NCBI GenBank assembly: GCA_028872645.1
Contig: JAPKDK010000002.1
Coordinates: 1-40,715, forward strand
Length of the DNA stretch: 40,715 nt
From: Verrucomicrobiota bacterium
GTDB lineage: Bacteria > Verrucomicrobiota > Verrucomicrobiia > Limisphaerales > UBA1100
Direction of reading: 5' to 3'
Shown here: positions 1 to 8,733 of the stretch, one piece after another
How positions within the stretch are numbered: position 1 is the stretch's first letter
Layout of the letters: each line of letters opens with the position of its first letter
The notes under the pieces: model-generated
What the model was told of the DNA's origin: nothing
Database searches by the model: none
Seen by the model: only the letters and a program-made list of their open reading frames with translations
Program-made: the position numbers and the translations under genes

Positions 1-567
1 CTTGGCCTCGCGAGCATCGGCGAATTGCCTTGGAGCGATGTGCCCAAATATGTCGTAGCCCAATTCCTCGGCGCCATCCTCGGCGCGACCACCGTGTGGC
101 TTGCCTACCACCCCCATTGGAAAGTTACCGAAGACCCCGCCACCAAGCTGGGCGTCTTCGCAACCTCGCCCGCCATCCGCAAGCCGGTTGCAAATTTGAT
201 CAGCGAAATCATCGGCACCTTCGCCCTCGTGCTCGGCGTGCTCGCCATCCTTTCACCCGACGCCCTCACGCCTGTGCAAGACAAATTGGGCGGAGAAAAA
301 GCCGCAGAGTTGGCACGACAAGGATGGGAAACCAGCCTCAAGCCATTGCTTGTCGGCCTGCTCGTCTTTTCAATTGGCCTTTCCCTCGGCGGCCCCACCG
401 GCTACGCCATCAACCCCGCACGCGACCTCGGCCCGCGCATCGCCCACGCGCTGCTGCCCATCCACGGCAAGGGTAAGTCCGATTGGAGCTACGCGTGGAT
501 TCCCGTCGTCGGCCCGTGCATCGGCGGCGTCCTCGGCGCGCTCGCGTACAAGGCACTCTGGCAATGA
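1..567 (+). CDS. glpF: Aquaglyceroporin / glycerol uptake facilitator (MIP family), 5' end cut by the window edge
   Basis: Frame 1 is open from base 1, and the track start at 25 is only an internal TTG. Hydrophobic MIP helices and the second NPA box [13 protein letters not shown] are present. The TGA at 565-567 overlaps the glpK ATG (ATGA). Confidence 0.85.
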   Translation, partial: LGLASIGELPWSDVPKYVVAQFLGAILGATTVWLAYHPHWKVTEDPATKLGVFATSPAIRKPVANLISEIIGTFALVLGVLAILSPDALTPVQDKLGGEKAAELARQGWETSLKPLLVGLLVFSIGLSLGGPTGYAINPARDLGPRIAHALLPIHGKGKSDWSYAWIPVVGPCIGGVLGALAYKALWQ

Positions 568-2045
568 AATACATCCTCGCACTCGACCAAGGCACGACCA
601 GTTCGCGCGCAATTGTGTTTGACCGCGCCGGGCGCGTGAAAGCGATGGCGCAGAAAGAGTTCCCGCAAATCTTTCCCAAACCCGGCTGGGTGGAACACGA
701 CGCCGAGGCCATCTGGAAAACTCAGCTCGCCACCGCCAAGGCCGCGCTGAAAAAAGCCAAGCTCACCGACGCCCACATCGCCGCCATTGGTATCACCAAT
801 CAGCGTGAGACCACGCTGCTGTGGGATCGCCAAACCGGCCAGCCCATCGCCAACGCCATCGTGTGGCAGGATCGCCGCACCGCCAAGGAATGCGACCGAC
901 TCAAAGCCGCCGGCCACGCCCCCACCATCCGCCGCAAAACCGGCCTCGTCATCGACGCCTATTTTTCCGCCACCAAAATCGCGTGGCTGCTCAAGCACGT
1001 AAAAGGCGCGCGCGCCCTCGCCCGCCAAGGTCGGCTCGCATTCGGCACGATGGACTCGTGGCTCGTTTGGAAACTCACCGGCGGCACCAAGCACGTCACC
1101 GACGCCAGCAACGCCTCGCGCACGATGCTTTACAACCTCCGCACCGGCGATTGGGACGTGGAGCTGTTGAAACTTTTCAAAATCCCACGCAGCGTGCTGC
1201 CCGAGGTGCGCGGCTCCAGCGAAGTCGTTGGCGAGACGACCGTGTTTGGCAAAGCCCTCCCCATCGCCGGCATCGCGGGCGACCAACAAGCCGCCCTCTT
1301 CGGCCAATGCTGTACGCGGCCCGGCATGGTGAAAAACACTTACGGCACCGGCTGCTTCATGCTCATGCACACCGGCGCGAAGCCGATGCCGTCAAAAAAT
1401 AATCTACTCACCACCGTCGCCTGGCGCATCGGCGGCCGCACGGAGTTCGCGCTCGAAGGCAGCATCTTCATCGCCGGCGCGGTGACGCAATGGCTGCGCG
1501 ATGGGCTGAATTTTTTCAAGCGCGCCGACGAAATTGAAACACTCGCCGCCAGCGTAAAGGATAACGGCGGCGTGTACCTCGTGCCTGCCTTCGCCGGACT
1601 CGGCGCGCCGCATTGGGACCAACACGCACGCGGCATTCTCTGCGGCCTTACCCGCGGCGCCACCAAAGCCCACATCGCCCGCGCCGCGCTGGAGGGCATC
1701 GCCTATCAAGTCCGCGACGTGCTCATCGCCATGGAGGCCGACGCGGGAGTGCGATTGAAAGAACTGCGCGTGGACGGCGGCGCGAGCGCGAACAATCTGC
1801 TGATGCAGTTCCAAAGCGATTTGTTAAACGTCCCCGTCGTGCGCCCACGCATCACAGAAACCACCGCCCTCGGCGCGGCGTATTTGGCGGGCCTTGCGGT
1901 CGGTTATTGGGATTCCAAAAATGATATCGCCGAACAATGGCAGCAAGACCACCGCTTCGCTCCCAAGATGAAACCCGCCGCGCGCCGCCCGCTAATCACC
2001 GGCTGGAACAAAGCCCTCACGCGCGCGAAGGATTGGGAAGATTAA
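564..2045 (+). CDS. glpK: Glycerol kinase
   Basis: Track ORF 483..2045, with the start moved to ATG 564 ([20 protein letters not shown], the canonical FGGY/glycerol kinase N-terminus). 493 aa. Motifs GITNQRETT and [10 protein letters not shown]. 4-nt overlap with glpF. Confidence 0.95.
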   Translation: MKYILALDQGTTSSRAIVFDRAGRVKAMAQKEFPQIFPKPGWVEHDAEAIWKTQLATAKAALKKAKLTDAHIAAIGITNQRETTLLWDRQTGQPIANAIVWQDRRTAKECDRLKAAGHAPTIRRKTGLVIDAYFSATKIAWLLKHVKGARALARQGRLAFGTMDSWLVWKLTGGTKHVTDASNASRTMLYNLRTGDWDVELLKLFKIPRSVLPEVRGSSEVVGETTVFGKALPIAGIAGDQQAALFGQCCTRPGMVKNTYGTGCFMLMHTGAKPMPSKNNLLTTVAWRIGGRTEFALEGSIFIAGAVTQWLRDGLNFFKRADEIETLAASVKDNGGVYLVPAFAGLGAPHWDQHARGILCGLTRGATKAHIARAALEGIAYQVRDVLIAMEADAGVRLKELRVDGGASANNLLMQFQSDLLNVPVVRPRITETTALGAAYLAGLAVGYWDSKNDIAEQWQQDHRFAPKMKPAARRPLITGWNKALTRAKDWED

Positions 2046-2157
2046 TATTGGTTGATGGGAAACCAAGCCCAGCTCTTTCAACCTTTCCATTGACTTCCCA
2101 TCGCACTTCAGGCATCCAATCCCCCGACTTTTTTAAACCTCAACAGAAAGAATAAAT

Positions 2158-2793
2158 ATGTCAGATGAACTCGGTTGTGAATTGTGTGGCGACCTCCCAG
2201 TGCTGAGCGTGGGCGAAGAGGTGCCGGATTTCAAAATGGAAACCTTCGAGCCCAGCACCGGCTCCTTCGGCGAAGTCAGCCTTGCCAACCTCAAAGCCGA
2301 CGGTAAGTGGACTATCCTCGTTTTTTATCCGGCGGACTTCACCTTCGTGTGCCCCACCGAATTGGCTGACCTCGCCGCGCAAGATGCCAAACTCACCGAG
2401 CTCGGCGCGAAAGTGATTGGCGTTTCTACCGACACCAAATTCGCCCACCTCGCCTGGTGCCGTGAAGAAAAATTAATGGCTGATGTGAAATACACACTCG
2501 CTGCCGACACCACCGGCGTGGTCTCCAGCCTATTCGGCGTGTACGACGACGCCACCGGTCTCGCCCTGCGCGGCACATTCATCATCAGCCCCGAAGGCAA
2601 ACTCGTGAGTGGCACCGTCAACTACTACAACGTCGGCCGCAATATGGAAGAGCTGACCCGCGTGATGGAAGCCAACGCCCACTGCGCCGCCAACCCCGCC
2701 GAAGCCTGCCCCGCCCAATGGACCCCCGGCGACAAAACGCTAACGCCAAACGAAGGAATGGTCGGCAACGTCTACGAAGCTCTAAACGGCTAA
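2158..2793 (+). CDS. Typical 2-Cys peroxiredoxin (AhpC/Prx1 family)
   Basis: 211 aa from ATG 2158. Peroxidatic Cys motif DFTFVCPTE and resolving Cys in EACPAQW. A short N-terminal extension carries CELC. A strong terminator follows. Confidence 0.9.
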   Translation: MSDELGCELCGDLPVLSVGEEVPDFKMETFEPSTGSFGEVSLANLKADGKWTILVFYPADFTFVCPTELADLAAQDAKLTELGAKVIGVSTDTKFAHLAWCREEKLMADVKYTLAADTTGVVSSLFGVYDDATGLALRGTFIISPEGKLVSGTVNYYNVGRNMEELTRVMEANAHCAANPAEACPAQWTPGDKTLTPNEGMVGNVYEALNG

Positions 2794-2814
2794 ACCCAAT
2801 TAAAAACCAACCCC

Positions 2815-2843
2815 AACGGCGCGGGCAACCGCGCCGTTTTTTT
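2815..2843 (+). terminator. Rho-independent terminator of the peroxiredoxin gene
   Basis: Perfect 9-bp stem AACGGCGCG / CGCGCCGTT (2815-2823 and 2830-2838) with 6-nt loop GGCAAC. It runs into a T7 tract (2837-2843), 22 nt after the stop codon. Confidence 0.75.
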
Positions 2844-2886
2844 GCGCCCAGTTGACAAAAAAGCATTAATGTGTGAATACGCGTTT

Positions 2887-3060
2887 ATGCGAACGACCTT
2901 GGGTATTCCTGATAATGTGATGAAAAAATCCAAAATAATGGCTGTTCAAGAAGGTGTAGCCTTGAAAAAGGAAGCGACTCAACCGACGGACCCAGATCGA
3001 CCTGAAAAAGTGCGGCGCGCTTTGGAAGGAATTCGCAACATTAGCAACGAAGTTCAATGA
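2887..3060 (+). CDS. Small putative antitoxin (VapB/DUF2191-like) of a decayed type II TA pair
   Basis: 57 aa from ATG 2887 (MRTTLGIPDNVMKKSK...). This resembles the MRTTL-type N-terminus of small antitoxins. It lies 34 nt upstream of the PIN remnant, and a perfect TTGACA sits at 2852-2857. The family call rests on that motif and on position only. Confidence 0.5.
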   Translation: MRTTLGIPDNVMKKSKIMAVQEGVALKKEATQPTDPDRPEKVRRALEGIRNISNEVQ

Positions 3061-3094
3061 AATGGTCCGTCAGAAATGAGTTTCTGGGAAGAGG

Positions 3095-3508
3095 ATGATA
3101 CAACCGCTGATCGACACCCGCATTTGGATTTGGCTGGCCAATGAGGATTAACGCTTGAAACCTGAGAATCGCCGAACATTGGAATTGAAAATCTAAAATG
3201 CTCCGTCGATGGTTAGCGATATATCTCTTTGGGAGATTCAAACCGCCGTGTCGAATGGCGGAATGATCTTACCGATGCCGCTTAACGAATGGTTTCGAAA
3301 AGCGACGAATCCCTCTGTGATAGATTTCCAACGGATTACCTCGGAGGTGGTAGTGAAGATTAATAATCTGATGCCATTCCACAAAGGCCCCGCCGACCGC
3401 ATCATCACGGCCACGGCTCGAGTTTTGGATGTGCCCCTTGCGACGCACGATAGGGACATTATCAAATCAAACGCCGGGCCGATTTGGCAGCCCAAAGCTT
3501 TTGCCTAA
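3095..3508 (+). pseudogene. PIN-domain (VapC-like) toxin gene inactivated by two in-frame TAA codons
   Basis: One frame reads MIQPLIDTRIWIWLANED*RLKPENRRTLELKI*NAPSMVSDISLWEI...PADRIITATARVLDVPLATHDRDI. This is the PIN layout with its acidic residues (LIDT, SLWEI, PADR, THDRD). The stops are at 3149-3151 and 3194-3196. The track shows only the last 99 codons (3209..3508). Confidence 0.7.
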
Positions 3509-4827
3509 ATCATAAAGTCGTCGTACTCCGGCTGATAAACTTTTTCGGGGCCGCGCAGCATTCCGGCGGCGGCGGTGGCGTTGGTGCTGGGCTCCACTAA
3601 AACAATTGAGCCGGTGAGGCGGTTGGTGGTGTAGCCATCAAACACCAACGGCTTGGCGGTGCGCAACCGGACTTCGCCGATGTCGTTCATGGCCAGCTCG
3701 GCCGGGTGCGGCTCGGGCTCGTAGGTTTGGATGTTGATACGGCTGTCGAGGCTGATGACTTTTGCCTGCACGGTTTGCGTGCCGTGCTTGAGAAAATATT
3801 TTTGGCCAGCTTGCAACGGGCGCTGTTCCATCCAACACACGCGCGCGGAAATATCCGCACTGTGGCCGGGCAATGAATCGGTGCCCACAATCATGTCGCC
3901 ACGACTGATGTCGAGGTCGTCCTCCAAAACCAGCGTCACTGATTGCGGCGAAAACGCCTCGTCCAGATTGCCGTCAAACGTCTGAATTTCTTTGACGAAA
4001 CTCTTCCGGCCGCTGGGCAGCACCAGCACCTCTTGCCCGACCTTCACAATGCCGCCGGCTATTTGGCCGGAGAACCCACGGAAATCGTGCAGTGTTTTGT
4101 CGGTGGGATTGTTCGGCCGATTCACCCATTGCACGGGAAACCGAAACGCGTTCAAATTCCAATCGCTGGCGATGTGCACGGATTCGAGATGCCCCATCAA
4201 CGTCGGGCCTTCGTACCACGGCGTGTATTCGGAGGGATTGACGACATTGCCTCCGTCCAACGCGCTCAACGGGAGAAATTTCACATCCGTAAACGTGTCC
4301 AACTTCGGCAGGAAATCCTCGATGTCATCGCGGATTTCTCGGAAGCGTTCCTCACTCCAGTCCACGAGATCCATTTTGTTCACCGCAAACACAATGTGCG
4401 GAATACCCAACAGCGCAGAAATATAACTGTGCCGCCGCGTCTGCTCGATCACTCCGTTGCGCGCATCGATCAACACGATGGAAAGATTCGCCGTGCTCGC
4501 GCCCGTCACCATATTGCGCGTGTACTGCACATGCCCCGGCGTGTCGGCAACAATGAACTTGCGCTTCGGCGTGGCGAAGTATCGATACGCCACGTCGATG
4601 GTAATCCCCTGCTCACGCTCGGCACGCAGGCCATCGGTGAGGTTGGCGAGATTCACCTGCCCGCCGCCGGTGATATCCGCCGAACGCTCCAGCGCCTCCA
4701 TCTGATCCTCCATGATCGATTTCGAATCATAAAGCAACCGCCCAATCAACGTGCTCTTGCCGTCATCAACCGACCCGCACGTGTTAAAGCGCAGCAGTTC
4801 AATGGGATGTTGGGACACGGATTTCAC
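3505..4827 (-). CDS. cysN: Sulfate adenylyltransferase subunit 1 (GTPase), without an APS-kinase domain
   Basis: 440 aa. GTG start 3 nt after the cysD stop. G1 GSVDDGKST, G3 DTPGH, G4 NKMD. Length and C-terminus show no CysC fusion. Confidence 0.92.
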   Translation of the reverse strand: MKSVSQHPIELLRFNTCGSVDDGKSTLIGRLLYDSKSIMEDQMEALERSADITGGGQVNLANLTDGLRAEREQGITIDVAYRYFATPKRKFIVADTPGHVQYTRNMVTGASTANLSIVLIDARNGVIEQTRRHSYISALLGIPHIVFAVNKMDLVDWSEERFREIRDDIEDFLPKLDTFTDVKFLPLSALDGGNVVNPSEYTPWYEGPTLMGHLESVHIASDWNLNAFRFPVQWVNRPNNPTDKTLHDFRGFSGQIAGGIVKVGQEVLVLPSGRKSFVKEIQTFDGNLDEAFSPQSVTLVLEDDLDISRGDMIVGTDSLPGHSADISARVCWMEQRPLQAGQKYFLKHGTQTVQAKVISLDSRINIQTYEPEPHPAELAMNDIGEVRLRTAKPLVFDGYTTNRLTGSIVLVEPSTNATAAAGMLRGPEKVYQPEYDDFMI

Positions 4828-4830
4828 GGA

Positions 4831-5769
4831 TTAAAAATACCCCGCTTTCTTCCGGTCCTCCATTGCGGCCTCGCTCGCCTTGTCATCGGCGCGGGTGCCG
4901 CGTTCGGTCACGCGGGCGGCGGCGACTTCGGCGATGATGTCATCAATGCACTCCGCGGGGCTTTCGATCATACCGGTGGAAATCATATCGGCAATCGTGC
5001 GCACGCGACAGGTCATCGTGCGATGCTCCTCATGCTCGGTTGGGCGCGCACCTTCATACGGATCGGGCGTGCCGTTTCCATCCTGCGGCGGCGGCGCGGG
5101 CAACCACTGGCCACCACGAAAAAAACATTCGCGCTCATGGCTGAAATAAATGTTCGGCACTTCCAAATTTTCTTTTTGGACGTACTCCCACACATCCGTT
5201 TCCGTCCAGTTGGAGAGCGGAAAGACGCGCATGTTTTCGCCGGGGTTCAGGCGCGCGTTGTACAAATTCCAAATCTCTGGCCGCTGGTTTTTTGGATCCC
5301 ATTGGCCGAATGAATCCCGAAAACTAAAGAACCGCTCTTTCGCGCGCGCCTTTTCCTCATCGCGCCGCGCGCCGCCGATGCAGCAGTCGAATTGAAATTC
5401 ATCAATCGCGCCGAGCAGTACGGGAATCTGTAATTTATTACGACTGGTCTGTCCCGGCGTTGCAGTGGCGAGCCCTTTCTCAATCGCCTCATCTACCGTT
5501 CGCACAATCAGTTTTGCCCCCAGTTCCTCTGCGCGCCGATCGCGAAACTCAATCAACTCCGGAAACTCATGGCCCGTCTCGATATTCAAAAACGGCATTG
5601 GAATATCCGAAGGCCGAAATGCTTTTTCCGCCAAACGCAAAATGCAAATAGAATCTTTGCCACCCGAAAACAAAACCACCGGTCGTTCAAATTCCGCCGC
5701 CACTTCCCGCAACACGTGAATCGCCTCGGTCTCCAAATACTCAAGATGGTCGAGATGATACGAACTCAT
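4831..5769 (-). CDS. cysD: Sulfate adenylyltransferase subunit 2
   Basis: Track ORF 4831..5814, with the start moved to ATG 5769 (MSSYHLDHLEYLETEAIHVLRE). PP-loop SGGKDS. 312 aa. Its ATG overlaps the cysH TGA (ATGA at 5766-5769). Confidence 0.92.
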   Translation of the reverse strand: MSSYHLDHLEYLETEAIHVLREVAAEFERPVVLFSGGKDSICILRLAEKAFRPSDIPMPFLNIETGHEFPELIEFRDRRAEELGAKLIVRTVDEAIEKGLATATPGQTSRNKLQIPVLLGAIDEFQFDCCIGGARRDEEKARAKERFFSFRDSFGQWDPKNQRPEIWNLYNARLNPGENMRVFPLSNWTETDVWEYVQKENLEVPNIYFSHERECFFRGGQWLPAPPPQDGNGTPDPYEGARPTEHEEHRTMTCRVRTIADMISTGMIESPAECIDDIIAEVAAARVTERGTRADDKASEAAMEDRKKAGYF

Positions 5770-6431
5770 TTGTCCGCCACCGCCTCTCCGCCCCACGCCG
5801 CATGCAAACCACATTCGCGTTTCTCATCTGCCTTTGCGGGGTCAAAATAATCCCATTCATTTGGAAGGTCGTGCTCTTCCAAATAAGCCTCCATCTCTTC
5901 ATCGCTCCAATTGAAAACTGGACTCACTTTTAATGAACCAAAATTGTTGTCCGGACTCACGATGTCCAACTCCGCACGGTTTGGATTCTGCACTTTGCGC
6001 AGCGCGGTGAACCACACCGTCGGGGCCAACTCCTTCATGCCGCGCTGAAATGGCTCCAGCTTCATCACCGTGCTAAAAGCCTTGATGGCGGCCTCGTTCT
6101 CCTCCGTTGGCTCCGGCATTCCGCCGTGCGCAGCATCGTAATGCGCCGTGGTAAGTTTGGGCACGAAAGCCTGAATGTTCAAATCCAGTCGCGCCTTCAA
6201 TTCCTCCGCGTGCTTGTAAGTCGCTTCGCGATTGTAGCCGTGGTCCACCCACAAAACCGGAATGTCTAGCTGCGCCTGCGTCACCAAATGCAAAATCACC
6301 GCCTCGTACGGGCGAAAATTTGTCGACACAATTGCGCGGCCATCCGCCTGCGCGATGGCCCACTCGACCGCTTCTGCCGGCGACTTTCCGCGCAGCAAAT
6401 CGTTGGCTTCAGCAACGGCTTCTGGCGTCAT
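5766..6431 (-). CDS. cysH: Phosphoadenosine-phosphosulfate / adenylylsulfate reductase family protein (thioredoxin-type, no Fe-S motif)
   Basis: 221 aa with the C-terminal catalytic motif KRECGLH. This is the only Cys in the protein, so there is no CC...CXXC cluster motif. 4-nt overlaps on both sides. Confidence 0.87.
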   Translation of the reverse strand: MTPEAVAEANDLLRGKSPAEAVEWAIAQADGRAIVSTNFRPYEAVILHLVTQAQLDIPVLWVDHGYNREATYKHAEELKARLDLNIQAFVPKLTTAHYDAAHGGMPEPTEENEAAIKAFSTVMKLEPFQRGMKELAPTVWFTALRKVQNPNRAELDIVSPDNNFGSLKVSPVFNWSDEEMEAYLEEHDLPNEWDYFDPAKADEKRECGLHAAWGGEAVADK

Positions 6432-8089
6432 ATCGCTACCTCAATTTCCGGCCACACTTCGCGGGCGCAAAAGTCGCCGAAGCGTTCGCCTTCGTGGCGA
6501 TTGCGGGCGTAGCGTTCGAGCAATGGGCGTAGTTGGTCGGCCATTTCGGTGGCGGGCACGGTTTGATTGTACAAACGCGCCAAGCGCGTGCCGGAGACGT
6601 TGCCGCCGAGGTACACTGCGTATTTGTCGGGCGATTTGCCCACGATGCCCAGCTCGGCCATGTACGGACGCGCGCAGCCGTTGGGGCAGCCGGTCATCCG
6701 CACGATAATTTCTTCGCCACCCAAGCCTGCGTCGTCCAATAAATTATCCACCAATCCGAGAAACTCCGGTATGTAACGCTCGCTCTCCGCCAGCGCCAAG
6801 CCGCACGTGGGCAACGCCGGACACGCCATCGACGCACGTTCCAGCACGGTGCCTTGTCCTGTTTCGTCCACCGCCAAACCGTTTTCCGATAGAATGGAAT
6901 TGATTTTGTCCTTGTCTGTTTCCGCCACGCCGCACAGTAAAATATTTTGCGAAGGCGTCAATCGTACTTCGGGACGATGCTGTTTCACGATATCCCGCAG
7001 CGCCGTTTTCAATTCACCTTGGACGCGACCCGACAACACGTGAAGCCCCAGGAACCACGAACCATCCGCCGCCTCGTGCCAGCCAAACATATCGCCTTGC
7101 TGATCGAAGACAAATGGCTTGGACTCTTCCAGCCGAATGCCCACGCGTTGCTCCAATTCGCCGCGAAACCACTCCACGCCGCGTTCGGCCAGCACGTATT
7201 TTAGCCGTGCGTGTTTCCGATCCGTGCGGTCGCCAAAATCGCGATGCACTGTCAGCACTGCTTTTGCAACGGCCTCGATGTGTTCCGGTGTAAAAAATCC
7301 AATCACATCCGCCACGCGCGGATACGTCTTCGCGTTGTTGTGCGTCATCCCCATTCCGCCGCCGGCGGTGAGATTGTATCCGGCTAACTCGCCGTTCTCC
7401 TCGATGGCCACGAAGCCAAGACAATTGGTCAGCACATCCGTGTCGTTGTGCGGCGGCGTGGCAAAGCCGACTTTGAATTTTCGTGGCAAATAAGTTTTAC
7501 CGTACAACGGATCCTCGAAATCCGAATCGTCGAGCTTGAGCTTCACGCCTTCCACCCAGATTTGATGATACGCCTTCGTGCGCGGCAACAATGCCGCCGC
7601 CACCAGCTTGCTATCCTCCAGCACCCGCGTGGCCAAGCCATTGCGCGTGGGTGTGGGCGGCGCCATCACATTGCGGTTCACATCGCCGCACGCGGCAAGC
7701 GTCGTCGCCAGCGCGTCGTTGATGCCGCGCATCAACGCGCCCAAGCCGCTCTTCACCACGCCGTGAAATTGAAAACTCTGCCGCGAAGTGATGCGCAGCG
7801 TTTGGTTGCCGCACTCGTCGGACAGCCGGTCGTACGTGAGATACAAATCCGGCGACAACACCCCGCCCGGATTCGTGCCGCGAATCATAAACATGAAATG
7901 CTTCCCCTGCTTGCGCACATCGCGGTCGTCCTGCTGATAAATCCCGTGAAACTTCAGGAACTGCTGGTCATCCTTGGAAAAAACATCTACCGCCCCATCC
8001 GCCAACGTGGCCGCAATACTCCCCGCCAACGAAGAATTCTCCGCCTTAATCACCTCATTATGAGTCAATTTCGCTTCTTTATCGGCCAT
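6428..8089 (-). CDS. cysI: Sulfite reductase hemoprotein (siroheme/4Fe-4S; ferredoxin- or NADPH-type not distinguishable)
   Basis: 553 aa from ATG 8089. Nitrite/sulfite reductase Cys clusters MACPALPTCGLA and TGCPNGCARP. First gene of the cys operon. Confidence 0.92.
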   Translation of the reverse strand: MADKEAKLTHNEVIKAENSSLAGSIAATLADGAVDVFSKDDQQFLKFHGIYQQDDRDVRKQGKHFMFMIRGTNPGGVLSPDLYLTYDRLSDECGNQTLRITSRQSFQFHGVVKSGLGALMRGINDALATTLAACGDVNRNVMAPPTPTRNGLATRVLEDSKLVAAALLPRTKAYHQIWVEGVKLKLDDSDFEDPLYGKTYLPRKFKVGFATPPHNDTDVLTNCLGFVAIEENGELAGYNLTAGGGMGMTHNNAKTYPRVADVIGFFTPEHIEAVAKAVLTVHRDFGDRTDRKHARLKYVLAERGVEWFRGELEQRVGIRLEESKPFVFDQQGDMFGWHEAADGSWFLGLHVLSGRVQGELKTALRDIVKQHRPEVRLTPSQNILLCGVAETDKDKINSILSENGLAVDETGQGTVLERASMACPALPTCGLALAESERYIPEFLGLVDNLLDDAGLGGEEIIVRMTGCPNGCARPYMAELGIVGKSPDKYAVYLGGNVSGTRLARLYNQTVPATEMADQLRPLLERYARNRHEGERFGDFCAREVWPEIEVAI

Positions 8090-8121
8090 TTGTAATGTTT
8101 AGTAAGTTGCTAAAGGTGGTA

Positions 8122-8149
8122 ATGATAATGCGCTCACCGCTCCAGTCAA
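8122..8149 (-). promoter_or_regulatory. Candidate sigma70-type promoter of the cys operon
   Basis: On the minus strand, TTGACT (8149-8144), a 16-nt spacer, then TATCAT (8127-8122). It ends 32 nt upstream of the sulfite reductase ATG. Pattern match only. Confidence 0.3.
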
Positions 8150-8294
8150 GCTCTAGTTCGTCTGAGTTTCACAGTGTTCAGCGACGGGGAGTATGCCCAA
8201 TGAAACCTCCAATCTTCCAGCCCAAATGTCGGAGTGCAACAATGGATTTATTTGGCTGCCTTGAAAAGATTTTGCAATCATCCGGCACGCCCAC

Positions 8295-8321
8295 GTGCTG
8301 CCGGCAAGATGCCGGCAGCAC
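8295..8321. repeat. Perfect 11-bp-arm palindrome (REP-like hairpin)
   Basis: GTGCTGCCGGC-AAGAT-GCCGGCAGCAC read directly from the sequence. It lies inside the 640-nt non-coding gap, with no U-tract on either strand. Confidence 0.6.
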
Positions 8322-8325
8322 ATTA

Positions 8326-8442
8326 ATGACAGTCACCACATCCAATCCTTTTACCGGCGAGCCCATTCACGAATGGGAGCAGTTGAATTTCGCGGCACTC
8401 AGGGAGGCCGCAGCGGGTTCGCAAGCTGCATTCGTCAACTAA
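8326..8442 (+). pseudogene. N-terminal stub (38 codons) of an aldehyde / succinate-semialdehyde dehydrogenase
   Basis: MTVTTSNPFTGEPIHEWEQLNFAALREAAAGSQAAFVN* matches the ALDH N-terminal pattern (NP-x-TGE ... A-x-x-AF-x-x-W). It then hits TAA, and no frame downstream continues as ALDH. Confidence 0.5.
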
Positions 8443-8733
8443 CGTGGTGTTCGAGAAGGAGGATTGGATAAGAAGTTTTCAGCAATTCATCGTAGCCCTC
8501 CGCGTGGATCGGCGCAAAACTGGGGGTATTTATTTCGGGCACCGAATGATTGCCCAAGCCCTCAGGGGTAAGATGCGCCGTAGCGAACGCGACTGGGGCA
8601 TCGGCGTGCAGAAAATTACTCTCGCTCACACCACGGCGGAGCCGTGGATGCAAGCGCCGTATCGCGAAGAACTCGCCGCGTGGCTCCGTCATTTTCTTTT
8701 GGCTTAATCGCCCCGCGCATCTAGACTCCGCCG

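Noticed and set aside
483-563. N-terminal extensions offered by the ORF track: 483 for glpK, 5814 for cysD, 9332 for the CRTAC1-like gene, 17315 for DUF1501, 23646 for the PSCyt giant, 36155 for the dehydrogenase, 39318 for the DUF1592-family gene.
   Set aside because: Each extension overlaps the upstream gene or an intergenic promoter region. Each is Arg-rich or unstructured and precedes an internal ATG that gives a canonical N-terminus or signal peptide, often with an ATGA stop/start overlap.
2048-2066. Hairpin TTGGTT-GATGGGA-AACCAA just after the glpK stop, considered as a terminator.
   Set aside because: It is a 6-bp AT-rich stem with no following T-tract, which is too weak to call.
3149-3196. 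The two in-frame TAA codons of the PIN gene read as programmed recoding or an alternative genetic code.
   Set aside because: TAA is used as a normal terminator elsewhere in the window (peroxiredoxin, cysD, DUF1080, DUF1552). No recoding signal is visible, so plain nonsense mutations are the simpler reading.
3943-5313. Long ORFs antisense to, or out of frame with, recognised genes. Examples: 3943..5313(+), 489..1370(-), 7448..8095(+), 22352..23599(+), 8893..9624(-), 16692..17366(+), 18438..19208(+), 28086..28724(-), 24363..24956(-).
   Set aside because: Each lies fully inside a CDS that has clear family motifs. Their translations are Arg/Gly/Pro/Ala-rich low-complexity strings, typical of shadow frames in G+C-rich DNA, and no motif was recognisable.
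8444-8707. 87-codon plus-strand ORF (VVFEKEDWIRSFQQF...APYREELAAWLRHFLLA) and the overlapping minus-strand ORF 8435..8779.
   Set aside because: Neither has a recognisable motif or a canonical ATG context, and they exclude each other. The plus-strand frame has a mild coding-like third-position bias and a terminator-like end, so it may be a gene remnant, but I cannot support calling it a CDS.
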